Assembly (NCBI RefSeq): GCF_009914755.1
Contig: NC_060929.1
Length of the DNA: 64,000 nucleotides
Strand: one strand, 5' to 3'
Origin: the human T2T-CHM13v2.0 reference genome, Homo sapiens
The notes below the pieces were generated by a model. The model made no database searches. It was not told the DNA's origin and saw only the letters and a list, made by a program, of their open reading frames with translations. Of this stretch, positions 61,003-64,000 are shown in pieces. The number at the start of each line of letters is the position of its first letter. Within the stretch, counting starts at the first letter, position 1. A program made the translations under genes and the position numbers.

Positions 61003-62464
61003 ACTCATACTTTCTTTCTAATCTGTGCCTCTAATCGGAGAATATTGGCGATATGACATGCCACAGTTATTTGTGACAAGAAGCCATGGATCCTTTCATT
61101 CTCTGCCCCTCCACCCATATCTATTGATCTATCTATCTATTGATCTGTCATCTATCTATTCATCCATTCATCTATATTCTTGTTATTATCTTACAGACAG
61201 GAGCCTTAAAGAAACGACTTGATCATTATTCCAGGTTAAAAAAATGAGCCACAATTCCCCTGGTCATGAAGTTATAATTCTAGCCTCTTCTCTATTAAAT
61301 TGCTCTCAGGTAATAATTTAGAGAGTAATTGGCACAAACCTTACAAATAGTTTTCTATTTTTAACTCTATCCCCCTTGTGGTACCTGGGTAGACTTTGTG
61401 CTCATTAGTCTTTGGCTCCTACTGATCTTGTGCTGTGTTGGCAGTCATGTGATAGACCTCTGCACACGATGCTGGGGGGAAATCTAGCCTTTATTTCTGC
61501 AGCCTAATGACAGTGAGAGCCAAGAGATGAGTACATTTGAGGAGTCAAAATGCTTCTGTGTCAGAACTTTATGGCAAGAGAAAGAAAGTTGGGACACTGG
61601 TTATTTTCTGGGACATCAGCTACTGATTTATGAACTTGATGGGACCTCCCTACTTATTACTTTACAATGAAATGAAGGTTATTTTAAATGTTGATTGTTA
61701 GGTTGTAATGTCCCTCCCCCCACCCCGTTTTCATTAGAAATGTCATTTACAGATTGTTACTTGACACACAGTAAAATGTGTGGAGTTTTTGAGCAGTTAA
61801 AAAAGAGGATTGCACCACAGGGGCCACTGTAAGATTTGTAACAGAGCTCTGCCGAAGGTATTTTACTCCTTGATTTCAGCAATGATAAACCTAGGTTTAT
61901 TTTTGTTTGTTTGTTTTTTTAGAAGAATAAATCATGAAAAAAAGGAAAAGGAGTAGTACTGGTGTGACCTTAAGTCAACTAAAAGTAAGCTACTGGTATC
62001 AGGAAGAAAGAGAAAAGATGTAGGAAAGCCTAATGAACTGCTGATGTGAGACCTGAAGAGTCAAAAAACAGGTCTAAGGCTAATGATGTGGTGAGGATGG
62101 AGAGATTAGGAACCCTGAGCAGGTCTCAGGACACATGATGGATCCAAGGAAAGTGTTTATTTGCCAACCTGTGGGAAAGGTATGGAAGCCATTTAAAGAT
62201 TGGTATTTTCTGAAATAAATTTCTACTAGCAGTCTGCAGATGAAAAGACCTATTATATTGTCGTCAACCCATTAAATTTTATCCTAGGCCCTGTTTGTAA
62301 GAGTCCTTGAAAAGAGAAGCATCAGTTTTCCAATATGAAGTAAATGGAGGTAAGATGAACTTACCTACCCTCTTCCTTACTCTCCAAACAGTCGTCAAGC
62401 TCATGCAGTAAGTATCTGGATGGAGGTTACAACTACGACAGCATCTCAAAGAGAAAGCATTGTG

Positions 62465-62680
62465 CAGTGGTAGGTTATGGGTTTGGATTTGGTGTAAACT
62501 GGAGCCAGGTTTGAATTCTGGGTCTGTAACTTGCAAACTGCTCTTTGAGCTTCAGATTCCTTATGGCTGAAATGGGGTTAACAATATTGACCTCACATTA
62601 TTGTGAAGATTAAATATTAAATGAACTCATGCATTTAAAACATTGAGTAAAATGCTAAATCTAGAGAAGGTACTCAGAGG
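62465..62680 (+). mobile_element. MIR
   Basis: 'gccaggtttgaattctgggtctgtaactt...ctttgagcttcagattcctt...tgaaatggggttaacaata...ttgtgaagattaaat'. Confidence 0.75.
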
Positions 62681-63084
62681 TTGCATTTACTGTTATTTAC
62701 TTCATCAGTGTCAAGTCATGTGTTCAACAATCAGAAGCGTAACTCAGAATCTCCTGGAAAGTGGAACAGACATTTATATTTTGATTCTAGAGATTCTGAT
62801 GCACGCAAGGGCTAAGAACATTGGCCTTGGGGTCTGTGACTTGCTGCAATTTCCTTGGACCTGGGCTATACCCAACTGTGGAAACACAAGGTGATAGGAA
62901 GCCCTTGGGATGCTGCATTGGGTGATGGGGAGCTCCCTGATGCCTCTCTGCATGGCTGGTGTGAAGTCATGAAGATAACAGAAAAATCTATGTTCTCCCC
63001 TCTAAAAAATTTACCCCTCAAATGCAGAATAATACTGCTTTTTGGGTATCTATTTCTAAAGATTTCCCCTAATATTTGCCTTAA

Positions 63085-63456
<372 letters not shown>

Positions 63457-63669
63457 TTGGAACTCTGAGGGTTAACCTATTAAGCCAGTTCAGGACAGTA
63501 ACTGAATCTAAAATTTCAAAAAAAGCTCTTAGAATTTCATGCCTCTTCTATCAAAGGCATCGAATATTATATGATTTATGCCCATGAGTGATGGTTTGTG
63601 TTTTCATTTACAAACTGCCAACATAACCACCCATCTCCAAAGCTTTTGTCTGTTTTAAGCTGACAGAAA

Positions 63670-64000
63670 TAAATTAAGATTGCCGAAGTGGCAGTGGGAA
63701 TGGAAAGGAGAGGATGGATTCATGACCTATTTAGAGGGTACAATTGACAGGTTTTACTGGAAAGGAGAGTGAGTATTGAGCTTAACACTCAAATTTCAAA
63801 ATTGTGCAACTAGATGGATAATGGTCATAATTCACTAAAATAGGACACAGGGCCAGGAGCAGATTTTGGGTTGCATTATTTAAATTCAGATAAGTTTTGT
63901 TAAGTATAAAGTGCCAAATGGGATGACTGGTAATAATTGTACACATGGTTTGGGGCTAAAAAATCAAGCCTAGATTCATGGTCTAGAAAACTTGGATTAA
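63670..64000 (-). mobile_element. L2 fragment running to the window end
   Basis: 'gtggcagtgggaatggaaaggagaggatggattcatgacctatttagagg...caactagatggataatggtcataattcactaaaatagga'. Confidence 0.65.

Overview
AT-rich primate (human or great-ape-like) non-coding DNA, intergenic or deep-intronic, made largely of interspersed repeats. I find no supportable host protein-coding gene, RNA gene or CRISPR array, and no evidence of a new biological system. The only recognisable coding remnants are retroelement-derived. (1) A full-length ~6.0 kb young LINE-1 (L1PA2-like, minus strand, ~54927-61002): ORF1 has one stop, ORF2 has two stops and a 1-bp frameshift, and the antisense ORF0 is truncated. (2) A class I ERV of MER52/HUERS-P3 type (minus, ~5856-13541) with a 2.3 kb 5' LTR, a tRNA-Pro PBS and a degraded gag, but no visible pro/pol/env or 3' LTR. 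Also present are a MER52 solo LTR with TSD, 10 Alus, MaLR/ERVL/ERV1 solo LTRs, old L1M/HAL1, L2, MIR, MER20 and microsatellites. The most notable structures are a three-tier nested insertion (twin-primed L1, then Alu, then Alu) at 46994-49689, a cluster of three co-oriented ERV1 LTRs, fold-back palindromes and several exact short tandem duplications. Subfamily names come from recalled consensus motifs, not from a database search, and boundaries of old repeats are approximate.
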